Shown: piece after piece, positions 9,669 to 17,698 of the stretch
Position numbering within the stretch: position 1 is the first letter of the stretch
How the letters are laid out: each line of letters starts with the position of its first letter
IMG/VR virus record: IMGVR_UViG_3300008119_000142
Coordinates: 1-26,667 of that record
Strand: one strand, 5' to 3'
Origin: a virus
Taxonomy: Duplodnaviria > Caudoviricetes
Length of the DNA stretch: 26,667 nt
Notes under the pieces: model-generated
Database searches by the model: none
Seen by the model: the letters and a program-made list of their open reading frames with translations, nothing else
What the model was told of the DNA's origin: nothing
Program-made: the position numbers and the translations under genes

Positions 9669-11546
9669 ATGAAATTATTTACAAAAGCCGAAAACGCTAA
9701 ATTGTTTGCCAATTACTCCAAAGGGAGTAATATGGCAAACCAAAACGTAGTGGTTAAGATATTTAATCCGTATGGCAATGGGCGATGGTACATTATGAAT
9801 TCAGACCCTAATGACCCAAACTATTTGTGGGGTATTGTTGACTTAGGCTATGGTGCAGAAGTTGGTAGCATTTCTCGAAGCGATTTGGAAAATTATAGAA
9901 ACCGATTTGGTTGGGGGTTTGAAAGAGATATGTCTTTTAGACCAAAAAATGCAAAAATGGTTTTAGAAGGATTGCGAAATGGTGAGTTTTTTGCTGGCGG
10001 TGGCGAAGTAGAGTTTATCGATTATGGTGATTCAGAAATCATGTTTGAGCCAAATTCCAAAAAATATTATGCTAACGAAATGGAATTCGATACCCTTGAA
10101 CAAGCTAAAAAGTTTATAGATAGTGGCGAAGTTCCGTATTTTATTAAAGATGCTTATTCAAAAGGTATGTTTAAAAAAGGCGGTGCTTTATTAACACCCA
10201 AACAAAGATACATAGCCGAATTAAAAGGCTTAACTGGTTTGCAACAAAAAGCTATTGAGGACTACATTGACGAAAACAATTTGACAAGCGATGAAGTATT
10301 GCGTATTGTTATTGGATTAGGTAGAAAGCAAATTAGCAGTAGCGATGTTAGCACTGCAATCGTAGGTAAAAAAAACAATTCTGAAAGCAAAAAGTTGTTA
10401 GCTTTTGCAATGTCAGACGAAGCTTTAAAAGCAGAATATGGTGCTTTTATGGATGGTGTTTATGCTGGCGGTGGAAGTATTTCTAATTTTGACCCAATGA
10501 GTTTAATGGGAAAAACATTTTATAGCTTACAAAGTCATGGTAAAATAATTAATGTTAGAATTTTATCAGACGACAACATCAAAATTAAGTACGAGGTATC
10601 AAACACTTTTAGTGTTGAAAAAAGCTTTACTAAAAAAGAACTTTTTGATATGGCTAAAGGGAAAGAAGTTGATGGCAATAGTATATTAAAAAGCACGATG
10701 GCTAATGGTGGGTTTATGGATGGTGTTTATGCTGGCGGTGGTGGTGTTTCTGATAAATTCGTAATAACCAAAAAACCCGATGCAAATTCATTATATTATA
10801 TAGTTTATTCTGAAAATGGCAAAAAAGTTCCAAGTAGCGAATTACCAACCAACATTGGATATGGTAAAATCAAAAATGAATTTTTATCAAAAAGAAAAAG
10901 ATATGATAATTCACTTGGTTTGCAAGATGCGGTTACTATCGTTATGAAAATGAATGATAAAGAAAGTTATTCTGGCGGTGGCAAAACAACCTTTGCTGAT
11001 AAGTCAAGTGCAATAGCCAAAAACTTTGTTGGGAAAGCCGTAGAACCTAAATACCAAAAAGAATACGGAAAACGCTACGATGCAAAAGAGGCTAAAGAAG
11101 TTGGTAACAAGATTGCTGGAAAGCAAAAAGCTTCTTACAACCAAAAATATATGGATTATGGAGGTGATTTCCCAGATTATGGTGAAACAGTTAGTGGTGA
11201 AGATATTGACTATGATATGAAAGATTATTTCAATAGAACTAACAAAAAATTGTTAATAACCACCAAAGACAAAAAGCAACACATAAATGGCGCAGTAACT
11301 AAATTTTACAATGATTTAATATTTGTAGCTAAGGATAAGCACGATATTCCAGTTAAAGATATTTTAAAAGTAGAAATTTTAAAAGATAATACCGCTAATG
11401 TTGAAAAACCAAAAAAGAGCATGAAAAGCGGTGGCAGTGTAAAAAGCGATAAACTAAAGCAAGTAACCCAAAAAGCGAAAGAAATTCGTAAAGAAGGTGA
11501 AAAATGGCAAAGTGCTATGAAGCGTGCTTATGCTATGATGAAGTAA
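9669..11546 (+). CDS. Modular GG-motif protein with N-terminal DUF2958-like domain
   Basis: VVVKIFNPYGNGRWY..LWGIVDLGYGAEVGSISRSDLE..GFERD resembles DUF2958; followed by modules separated by eight [FMY]xxGG motifs. Confidence 0.75.
   Translation: MKLFTKAENAKLFANYSKGSNMANQNVVVKIFNPYGNGRWYIMNSDPNDPNYLWGIVDLGYGAEVGSISRSDLENYRNRFGWGFERDMSFRPKNAKMVLEGLRNGEFFAGGGEVEFIDYGDSEIMFEPNSKKYYANEMEFDTLEQAKKFIDSGEVPYFIKDAYSKGMFKKGGALLTPKQRYIAELKGLTGLQQKAIEDYIDENNLTSDEVLRIVIGLGRKQISSSDVSTAIVGKKNNSESKKLLAFAMSDEALKAEYGAFMDGVYAGGGSISNFDPMSLMGKTFYSLQSHGKIINVRILSDDNIKIKYEVSNTFSVEKSFTKKELFDMAKGKEVDGNSILKSTMANGGFMDGVYAGGGGVSDKFVITKKPDANSLYYIVYSENGKKVPSSELPTNIGYGKIKNEFLSKRKRYDNSLGLQDAVTIVMKMNDKESYSGGGKTTFADKSSAIAKNFVGKAVEPKYQKEYGKRYDAKEAKEVGNKIAGKQKASYNQKYMDYGGDFPDYGETVSGEDIDYDMKDYFNRTNKKLLITTKDKKQHINGAVTKFYNDLIFVAKDKHDIPVKDILKVEILKDNTANVEKPKKSMKSGGSVKSDKLKQVTQKAKEIRKEGEKWQSAMKRAYAMMK
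10446..10741 (+). repeat. Exact 29-bp direct repeat (10446-10474 and 10713-10741) flanking one in-frame module
   Basis: TTTATGGATGGTGTTTATGCTGGCGGTGG occurs twice, 267 bp apart, encoding FMDGVYAGGG. Confidence 0.9.
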
Positions 11547-11551
11547 TTATA

Positions 11552-11592
11552 AGCGAGGTATTAAATTCAACCCTTAATGCCTTGCTATTTAA
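11552..11592 (+). terminator. Stem-loop, probable terminator of the left gene block
   Basis: AGCGAGGTATTAA pairs with TTAATGCCTTGCT (two G-U pairs); AT-rich tail with only a weak U-run. Confidence 0.55.
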
Positions 11593-11608
11593 TTAATTAT
11601 TATATTTG
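11582..11608 (+). promoter_or_regulatory. Bacteroidota-type housekeeping promoter
   Basis: TTG-N16-TATATTTG matches the -33/-7 (TAnnTTTG) consensus, with a slightly short spacer, in an intergenic gap before ATG 11642. Confidence 0.6.
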
Positions 11609-11641
11609 TCAATTAATAACCTAAACAATAAAATAAACACT

Positions 11642-12046
11642 ATGGAAACGATTAAAGATTTATTGAGTAAGCTTGACAACCAAGTAACACCATCGATGGC
11701 TAAACGTTTAGATGGATTGCAAGCGTTGCAAGAAAAAGCAGAAATTGCCAAAGAAGAATACGAGGCAAACCCAACGGATGAAAAAGAAGCGGACTTGAAT
11801 GAAATTCAAGAATACATTGTTGACCAAATGGAAGATATTGTAGAAGATTTAAAAGTTCTTGTTCGTAGAAAAAAATTCGCAGAAGAAGAAGCAAGTTCAA
11901 GACAAGCTACTCCTAAAGGTGATGAAAAACCTAAAGGTGAAGAAAAAGAAGAAAAAGAAGGTCTTGGAATGTTTGGTTGGATTTTCGGGGGTGCGTTACT
12001 TGTTGCTTCGTTTGGCGCAATTAACTATTTCAGAAATAATAGATAG
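11642..12046 (+). CDS. Acidic coiled-coil protein with C-terminal membrane anchor
   Basis: ATG 11642 preferred over TTG 11606; TM segment GMFGWIFGGALLVASFGAINYF followed by RNNR. Confidence 0.8.
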   Translation: METIKDLLSKLDNQVTPSMAKRLDGLQALQEKAEIAKEEYEANPTDEKEADLNEIQEYIVDQMEDIVEDLKVLVRRKKFAEEEASSRQATPKGDEKPKGEEKEEKEGLGMFGWIFGGALLVASFGAINYFRNNR

Positions 12047-12213
12047 TGGACAGAAAGAAAAAAATATTTTTAGCTATTGGTGTTGTCGGAATGGCAGTAG
12101 GGGGTTTCGTGCTTGCTAAATTTTTGACCAGAAATGTTCGGAAAATTAGAGGTGGTTCGGTAACCCTACAAACATTTGATACACCGCCAGTAGAAGAACC
12201 ATTAACCGAATAG
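12046..12213 (+). CDS. 55-aa single-TM protein (not in ORF track)
   Basis: GTG overlapping the upstream TAG; MDRKKKIFLAIGVVGMAVGGFVLAKFLTR...; fills the gap exactly. Confidence 0.7.
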   Translation: MDRKKKIFLAIGVVGMAVGGFVLAKFLTRNVRKIRGGSVTLQTFDTPPVEEPLTE

Positions 12214-12216
12214 GAT

Positions 12217-12921
12217 ATGTCGAAGTACACAAAAGTGAATATCAAAGTACCCGATGTAAATAGAACCTATGTTAGTGGTGCATATAATTATTCAAAACCA
12301 GAAGTTATTACGGCTAATAAAGCCATGATGGACAAAATATACAAGCAGTACGGAACTTTTATTAACAAGTGGGGTATTGAATTTGAAATTGACGATTCAG
12401 TTTTAGTAGGATTCATAGCCACTGAAAGTGGAGGTATCAATGCACCGCCAAATAGATATAACGCTACTGGATTAATGCAAATGACACCCGATGCAGTTTG
12501 GGAAACTATTGTAAAGTGGGATAAAATGGTTGGAAGCGCTTTGTCTAAAACGGCTTTGTCGTATTTTAATAGAATTATACCATCAAGCAAAAAGTATGAC
12601 CCAAACGTTTTGCCATCAAGTGCAGTAAAAGCAGAAATTTCCAATGCTTTGAAAAACAATAGTGAGTTTAACATTGCAATTGGAACGGCTTGTATAAGAT
12701 GGTTGTTAGAGGCATTTAGGTCAGATGGTAAAACAGAATTAAACAAAGTAATGGTATCTTACAACGCTGGATACTATTCAATGAGGAATCTTGTTAAAGG
12801 AAACCCAACTTCTGAAAGCTTATTGAAAAACAAAAAGATACCATTAGAAAGTAGAAGCTACTTACTAAAAATGCTTGGAGTTAATGGCTTCATGGATTTA
12901 TGGTTTCAAAATAAAAAATAA
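12217..12921 (+). CDS. Soluble lytic transglycosylase (SLT/GH23-like)
   Basis: Motifs ATESGG, ATGLMQM and SYNAG. Confidence 0.9.
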   Translation: MSKYTKVNIKVPDVNRTYVSGAYNYSKPEVITANKAMMDKIYKQYGTFINKWGIEFEIDDSVLVGFIATESGGINAPPNRYNATGLMQMTPDAVWETIVKWDKMVGSALSKTALSYFNRIIPSSKKYDPNVLPSSAVKAEISNALKNNSEFNIAIGTACIRWLLEAFRSDGKTELNKVMVSYNAGYYSMRNLVKGNPTSESLLKNKKIPLESRSYLLKMLGVNGFMDLWFQNKK

Positions 12922-12925
12922 AAAA

Positions 12926-13228
12926 ATGTTTAAGTTTCTTTATTTGTGTTGGAAAAGTTTTACTAAAGGCGACTATTGGATTTACTTCGGTAGTTCACTG
13001 GTATTAGGATTACCTTTTATTCAGTGTTTTAGTGTTTTTTTTGAATTGCCTTTTAAAACTGGTAATTTCAATTGCAGACAAGTTTTGTTACTCGGATTAA
13101 GTTGGTTGTTTTTTCTACTTGTATCTGAATTAGCAAATATGAAATTTAATAATAAGTTCTATTACAATCATGGTAACATTTACTGGGGTTTAATAGGCTT
13201 TAGTATAGCTTTATTCTTAATGCGATAA
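12926..13228 (+). CDS. Small polytopic membrane protein
   Basis: About three hydrophobic segments; ATG 12926 just after the upstream stop. Confidence 0.65.
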   Translation: MFKFLYLCWKSFTKGDYWIYFGSSLVLGLPFIQCFSVFFELPFKTGNFNCRQVLLLGLSWLFFLLVSELANMKFNNKFYYNHGNIYWGLIGFSIALFLMR

Positions 13229-13230
13229 GT

Positions 13231-13524
13231 ATGGCTTACACAATTAAAAAATATTCGTTTACGCAAGCTAAGAAGCTTGGTGTTGAGATAAAGCCATCAA
13301 CAAACATATTGAAAAAAATCGATGTGTTTAAAAATGGAAAAAAGGTAGCTTCGATTGGGGCAAGGGGTATGAACGATTACCCTACCTATTTGGAAAAAGA
13401 AAAGAAAGGGTATTACCCAAAAGGTTACGCACAAAAACGTAGGATGCTTTATAAAGAAAGGCACAAAAAAGACCGAAACGTGCTTTACTCGAATGGATAT
13501 TACGCTGATAAAATACTTTGGTAA
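13231..13524 (+). CDS. Small basic protein, DUF5754-like
   Basis: PST..KKIDV....ASIGARGMNDYPTY...RR.LYK.RH...YYADKILW pattern recalled from NCLDV-associated small proteins. Confidence 0.55.
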   Translation: MAYTIKKYSFTQAKKLGVEIKPSTNILKKIDVFKNGKKVASIGARGMNDYPTYLEKEKKGYYPKGYAQKRRMLYKERHKKDRNVLYSNGYYADKILW

Positions 13525-13591
13525 AAAGAAACTTGACAACACATAGTTAATGAGTTATTAAAAAAAAAATAATAACTTAAATTAAAGTAAA

Positions 13592-13867
13592 ATGACAAAG
13601 AAAACAAAAATGGTATTAGGTGGAGTAGCCGTATTAGGTTTAGCTTATTACCTATGGAAAAAAAGCCAAGATGGTGGAATGGCAAGCATGAGTGGTTATT
13701 CTAACTTCGATGGTGTAAGAATGAGCCGTTTTGCTAACGCAAGCGGAATGGGTTCAACTTCAACTGGTAGACAAAGAGTTTGTGTAAGACAAGAAAAAGA
13801 TGGTTCTACAACCACTTACACTTCTTTTGGAGGTCGTTGTCCTTATGGTGGAACACCAAGCGTTTAA
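13592..13867 (+). CDS. N-terminally anchored membrane protein with NAxG motifs and a two-Cys C-terminal hairpin
   Basis: TM segment VLGGVAVLGLAYYLW; YSNFDG and FANASG; CVRQ...RCPYGG. Confidence 0.8.
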   Translation: MTKKTKMVLGGVAVLGLAYYLWKKSQDGGMASMSGYSNFDGVRMSRFANASGMGSTSTGRQRVCVRQEKDGSTTTYTSFGGRCPYGGTPSV

Positions 13868-13877
13868 TATATAAATT

Positions 13878-14495
13878 ATGGCATTAGTATATGAAAATGT
13901 TGTTCCTAATTCGTATAGGAATGATTTCGTAAAAAAAGTTAGGGAGGTATCTACTCGATTAGATATTGACCCTAACTGGCTAATGGCAATTATGTATTTT
14001 GAAAGCGCCAAGAGTTTTTCACCGAGCATACAAAATAGTATTGGGGCGACTGGATTGATTCAATTCATGCCAAGCACCGCAAGAGGATTAGGTACTTCAA
14101 CTACTGCACTAAAAAATATGTCAGCCGTAGAGCAATTGGATTACGTTGAAAAATATTTGCGTGTGTACAAAGGGAAAATTAAATCTTATGTAGACACTTA
14201 TTTTGCAGTATTTTTTCCTTTAGCAATTGGCAAACCAGACGATTGGGTATTGCAAGGTGGTGGACTTACCGCAAAACAAGTTTACGATAGCAACCCAGCG
14301 TTCCGTAAAGTCAAAGATGGAAAATTGCGAGTTTGGGAAGTTAAAAAGGTAATGCTTGAAAAATTACCAAGAGAATGGGTAAATAATGGTACTTTAGGAT
14401 TAGCAATTAAGTCTTACAAAGATTATTTACTGATAGGATTAATATTAATAGCCGTTGGAGGTTTATACATTTACAGAAATGTTAGAAGAAAATAA
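13878..14495 (+). CDS. Lysozyme-like/lytic transglycosylase with C-terminal membrane anchor
   Basis: MYFES, GATGLIQFMP and EQLDYV motifs; TM segment YLLIGLILIAVGGLYIY followed by RNVRRK. Confidence 0.85.
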   Translation: MALVYENVVPNSYRNDFVKKVREVSTRLDIDPNWLMAIMYFESAKSFSPSIQNSIGATGLIQFMPSTARGLGTSTTALKNMSAVEQLDYVEKYLRVYKGKIKSYVDTYFAVFFPLAIGKPDDWVLQGGGLTAKQVYDSNPAFRKVKDGKLRVWEVKKVMLEKLPREWVNNGTLGLAIKSYKDYLLIGLILIAVGGLYIYRNVRRK

Positions 14496-14640
14496 CAAAG
14501 AAGAAATAAAAGGCGAGGTTAATAGCCAAATACATAAACACTTGTCTACAATATTCATTGTAGTGGGTATTGTTTCATTTACTTTGGGTGCAATTGTAAA
14601 CTATTATACTATTAAAAGATTAAACGGAAGTAAGCCATGA
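14479..14640 (+). CDS. 53-aa single-TM protein
   Basis: ATG 14479; TM segment IFIVVGIVSFTLGAIVNYY. Confidence 0.7.
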   Translation: MLEENNKEEIKGEVNSQIHKHLSTIFIVVGIVSFTLGAIVNYYTIKRLNGSKP

Positions 14641-15041
14641 AAATAAGCGGACAAGTTTTAGATAGTAGAGGTAATGAATTAGCCTTAGCCAATGTTACAA
14701 TTACAACTGGCGACAAAGCCAATAAATTAGGAGTTGTAGCAGACTTAGATGGTAAATTTGAAACTGAAAACGATTTAATTAATCCAGATTCAATTTTCAA
14801 AGTAAGTTACGTTGGATTTTTGCCACAATCTTTTAAAGCAAGCGAGTTAGTAGACAAAAAAATTACTTTATTAGAAAGCAATGAACTACTAACCGAAGTT
14901 AATGTATTTTCAAAACCTATACGAACTGCAAAACAGTCTGGTAGTGCCTTAAAAGCACATATTCAAAGCAACAAATTCACCTATGCTGGAATAGGTGGTC
15001 TATTGGGATTATTCCTTATAGTAAAATCATTTAAAAAATAA
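14637..15041 (+). CDS. CarboxypepD_reg-like (transthyretin-fold) domain protein with C-terminal TM
   Basis: KISGQVLD..NEL..ANV....GVVADLDGKF....VSYVGF...ITL....L.EV.V is the typical N-terminal domain pattern of Bacteroidota SusC/TonB-dependent receptors. Confidence 0.8.
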   Translation: MKISGQVLDSRGNELALANVTITTGDKANKLGVVADLDGKFETENDLINPDSIFKVSYVGFLPQSFKASELVDKKITLLESNELLTEVNVFSKPIRTAKQSGSALKAHIQSNKFTYAGIGGLLGLFLIVKSFKK

Positions 15042-15043
15042 TT

Positions 15044-15385
15044 ATGGAAGCACAATCAACTGCACCAGCAACTACTCCAGCGCCAGCTACTGCGCCAGCG
15101 CCCGAAGTTGCAAACGTAACATACCAAGCACCAGCTTCAACTCCACAAATGGAAACTGGCGGTGCTATGGAAACTATTGCCAAGCCTAAAATGAATATTA
15201 AGGATATTGTGATTAGCGCATTGTTAGTGGCTTTGTCTATTTATGGTATTTTCTATTATAGAAAGGCTATCAAAAAACTTGACGAACAACCAAGTTCCGA
15301 AGAATTTGATAACATGAGTGGCGATATTGAGGAAGTGAAATACAACCTTCAAAAAGCGTTAGGTAGAAAATATCAAAAAACCTAA
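15044..15385 (+). CDS. Membrane protein with A/P/T-rich N-terminus ending in METGG
   Basis: TM segment IVISALLVALSIYGIFYY followed by a coiled coil. Confidence 0.8.
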   Translation: MEAQSTAPATTPAPATAPAPEVANVTYQAPASTPQMETGGAMETIAKPKMNIKDIVISALLVALSIYGIFYYRKAIKKLDEQPSSEEFDNMSGDIEEVKYNLQKALGRKYQKT

Positions 15386-15397
15386 GATAAAGTTCAC

Positions 15398-15733
15398 ATG
15401 AAAGACAAGTGCTACAAAAAAGTAAAGGCTACTTATGATGTTTTTCCTTCGGCAAGAGCATCACAAGCTATTGCTAAGTGTAGAAAAAAGTCTGGCGAAG
15501 TGAAAAAATCAACTATTGGATTGAACCTTAAAAGATGGGGTGCTGAAAAGTGGATTGATACTTTAACTGGTAAACCATGTGGCGCTGGTGGAAGTAAAGA
15601 ATATTGTAGACCAACCAAAAAGGTTTCGTCTAAAACACCCAAAACGCTATCTGAAATAAGCAAAGCAAAGCTTAAAAGCAAGCAAGCGGAAAAAAGCAAA
15701 GTGGGTATGGGTAAAAGAGTAACAAAAATTTAA
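15398..15733 (+). CDS. Small highly basic Cys-containing phage protein (DUF5872-like)
   Basis: CY.KVK..Y.VFPSA.AS.AIAKCRK, LKRW..EKW, KPCG and CRP.K.VS.KTPKT patterns recalled from aquatic viruses. Confidence 0.55.
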   Translation: MKDKCYKKVKATYDVFPSARASQAIAKCRKKSGEVKKSTIGLNLKRWGAEKWIDTLTGKPCGAGGSKEYCRPTKKVSSKTPKTLSEISKAKLKSKQAEKSKVGMGKRVTKI

Positions 15734-15746
15734 GATTAAATAAGCT

Positions 15747-15926
15747 ATGGCACAAAGTAGAGGATTAGGCGATACGATTGAAAAGGTTACTACCTTTTTG
15801 GGAATTAAGCAATTAGTTGAAAAACTCAATCCAGATTGCGGTTGCCCTTACAGAAGGGATTATTTAAACGAAAAAGTTCCTTATAACTTTGAATCTTACA
15901 AAAGAATATTAAAAAATAAATTATAA
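15747..15926 (+). CDS. 59-aa phage protein with GLGDT..CGC motif (not in ORF track)
   Basis: MAQSRGLGDTIEKVTTFLGIKQLVEKLNPDCGCPYRRDYLN...; fills the gap. Confidence 0.8.
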   Translation: MAQSRGLGDTIEKVTTFLGIKQLVEKLNPDCGCPYRRDYLNEKVPYNFESYKRILKNKL

Positions 15927-15930
15927 AAAT

Positions 15931-16209
15931 ATGAAAGCAACAAATGTATTATGGTTTGGATTAGGCTTAGGAATAGGCTATGTGTTTATGAAAAAAGATT
16001 GGGGTCGTAAAGTTGTAGAACCAATAGCAGAAACAGTTTTGGAAGCTACTAAAGAAGTGGCTTTGGATGTAAAAGATACAGTTGTTGATACTGCAAAAGC
16101 TACTAAGTGCGAAGCCGAGTGGGTTAAGTTTTCTTCAACTGCAAGATTTGGCTCAAAAGAAGGCGCTGAACAAGCAAGAAAAGATTTTATGGCAAAATGT
16201 ATGGCATAA
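15931..16209 (+). CDS. N-terminally anchored membrane protein with Cys pair
   Basis: TM segment VLWFGLGLGIGYVFM; KCEAEW...FMAKCM. Confidence 0.8.
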   Translation: MKATNVLWFGLGLGIGYVFMKKDWGRKVVEPIAETVLEATKEVALDVKDTVVDTAKATKCEAEWVKFSSTARFGSKEGAEQARKDFMAKCMA

Positions 16210-16226
16210 CATAAAAGACAAAACCA

Positions 16227-16871
16227 ATGAACTTAAACGAAGTTACTTACGGAAACCCTTCAAAGGAACAATACCTAAAAATCACCAAAAGGTGTATGGT
16301 AGATACTTTGTTTGAAAAACTAAAACAACATAGTTTCCCGAATAATGATTCAGAAATGGTTAAGGATGAACTTAACGAAATTGTGGATTATTTGCACGTT
16401 ATGGATAATGATGAAAATGAAACTTATTTAAAAAGGTACAAGTCTTATGACCGAAACTTAATTCAAGTGATTAATGCTACCTTTTTAAAAAGGGGGATTG
16501 AAACGGATGAACTTTGCGTTGATGTGGTAAAAGACATTGAAAACTTAATTTTCAAACTAAAATTTTTTTTTCAAAGACCAAGACCAAGCCAATTAGCGCA
16601 ATATTATAAGTTGAAATTGTTTCCATACAATAGCTATGTGGCTAACACACCTTCTTACCCTTCTGGACACACCCTACAAGCCTTTGTTATTCTAAACATA
16701 ATTGGTAACTTGCACCCAAAGGAATATTCTTTTTGCAAAGAAATGATTGACGATATTGCTTATAGCAGATTGTACTTAGGGGTTCATTACCCAAGCGATA
16801 ATGATTTTGCAAAATTAGTAGGAGAAGAAATTTTGAAACAACCAGAATTTGCCAAGAAATATGGAATATGA
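16227..16871 (+). CDS. PAP2/vanadium-haloperoxidase superfamily phosphatase
   Basis: All three motifs present: KFFFQRPRP, PSYPSGH, SRLYLGVHYPSD. Confidence 0.9.
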   Translation: MNLNEVTYGNPSKEQYLKITKRCMVDTLFEKLKQHSFPNNDSEMVKDELNEIVDYLHVMDNDENETYLKRYKSYDRNLIQVINATFLKRGIETDELCVDVVKDIENLIFKLKFFFQRPRPSQLAQYYKLKLFPYNSYVANTPSYPSGHTLQAFVILNIIGNLHPKEYSFCKEMIDDIAYSRLYLGVHYPSDNDFAKLVGEEILKQPEFAKKYGI

Positions 16872-17251
16872 AACACACCGAATATGATTTACAAAGCGCA
16901 ATAAGTTGGTACTTGACAAGCCAATATAACGATGTGTTATTTTTGTCAGATACAATAGCTAACTTGAAGCTTACCAAAATGCAAGCCATTAGAAATAAAA
17001 AGATTCAAAAGCATGGTTTCAAAACACCAGACTTACTTATCTTAGAGCCAAGAAACGGATATAGCGGACTTTTTATTGAATTAAAGATAGCAACACCATT
17101 TAAAAAAGATGGTACGATTAAAGCAAGCAGTAAAGACCACCTTAAAGGGCAGTTGGAAAGCATTGAAAAGCTTAATCAAAAAGGGTACAAAGCTTGCTTT
17201 GCAGTAGGTTTTGAAGAAACCAAGAAAATAATAGACGACTATTTAAAGTAA
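16868..17251 (+). CDS. VRR-NUC (PD-(D/E)xK) nuclease
   Basis: E..LQ, G.PDLLI, LFIELK, Q...IE.L...GY pattern. Confidence 0.85.
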   Translation: MKHTEYDLQSAISWYLTSQYNDVLFLSDTIANLKLTKMQAIRNKKIQKHGFKTPDLLILEPRNGYSGLFIELKIATPFKKDGTIKASSKDHLKGQLESIEKLNQKGYKACFAVGFEETKKIIDDYLK

Positions 17252-17254
17252 ACT

Positions 17255-17698
17255 ATGGATAACCAAGAACAAAAAACAACAACAACCCTATTTTCCGAAC
17301 TAAACAAAACAATACAAGTTTTGGGAGTGGAAAAGTTAGTGGACATTCTCAAACACATTCGCAAAAAGAGTGTGGAAATTACACAAGACCAAGTTGACCA
17401 ATCAGAAGTTATCATTAAGACTGTTTGTGAGGAATTTGCTATTTCGATAGACGAGTTTTATTCGCACAAGCGGTTAAACGATAGGCGATACGCAGTAGGT
17501 GTATGTGCCTTATTGCTTCAAAACAAGGTAGGACTTGACAATTCTGATATATCATTCTTACTACGCAAGCCAGCAGATATTGTTTCTATTTACAAGAATT
17601 CAATAAATTTGCTTCGGGATGTAAGACCCGATGATTTAAAAATCCTTAAACGTATAGCCAATATAAATTCAAAACTAAAAGATTTACAAAATGAGTAA
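17255..17698 (+). CDS. DnaA C-terminal-like HTH protein
   Basis: IIKTVCEEFAIS..E..S.KR....R.......L....L....I...L.K resembles DnaA domain IV. Confidence 0.55.
   Translation: MDNQEQKTTTTLFSELNKTIQVLGVEKLVDILKHIRKKSVEITQDQVDQSEVIIKTVCEEFAISIDEFYSHKRLNDRRYAVGVCALLLQNKVGLDNSDISFLLRKPADIVSIYKNSINLLRDVRPDDLKILKRIANINSKLKDLQNE

Noticed and set aside
7935-11435. GGCGGTGG as a Chi-like site or CRISPR-like repeat
   Set aside because: Always in frame with Gly codons, irregularly spaced and short; no cas genes or constant-length spacers.
13533-13577. TTGACA-N17-TATTAA sigma70-like promoter and AGTTATTA/TAATAACT hairpin
   Set aside because: The -10 lacks the conserved final T and the stem is almost all AT; plausible by chance in this composition.
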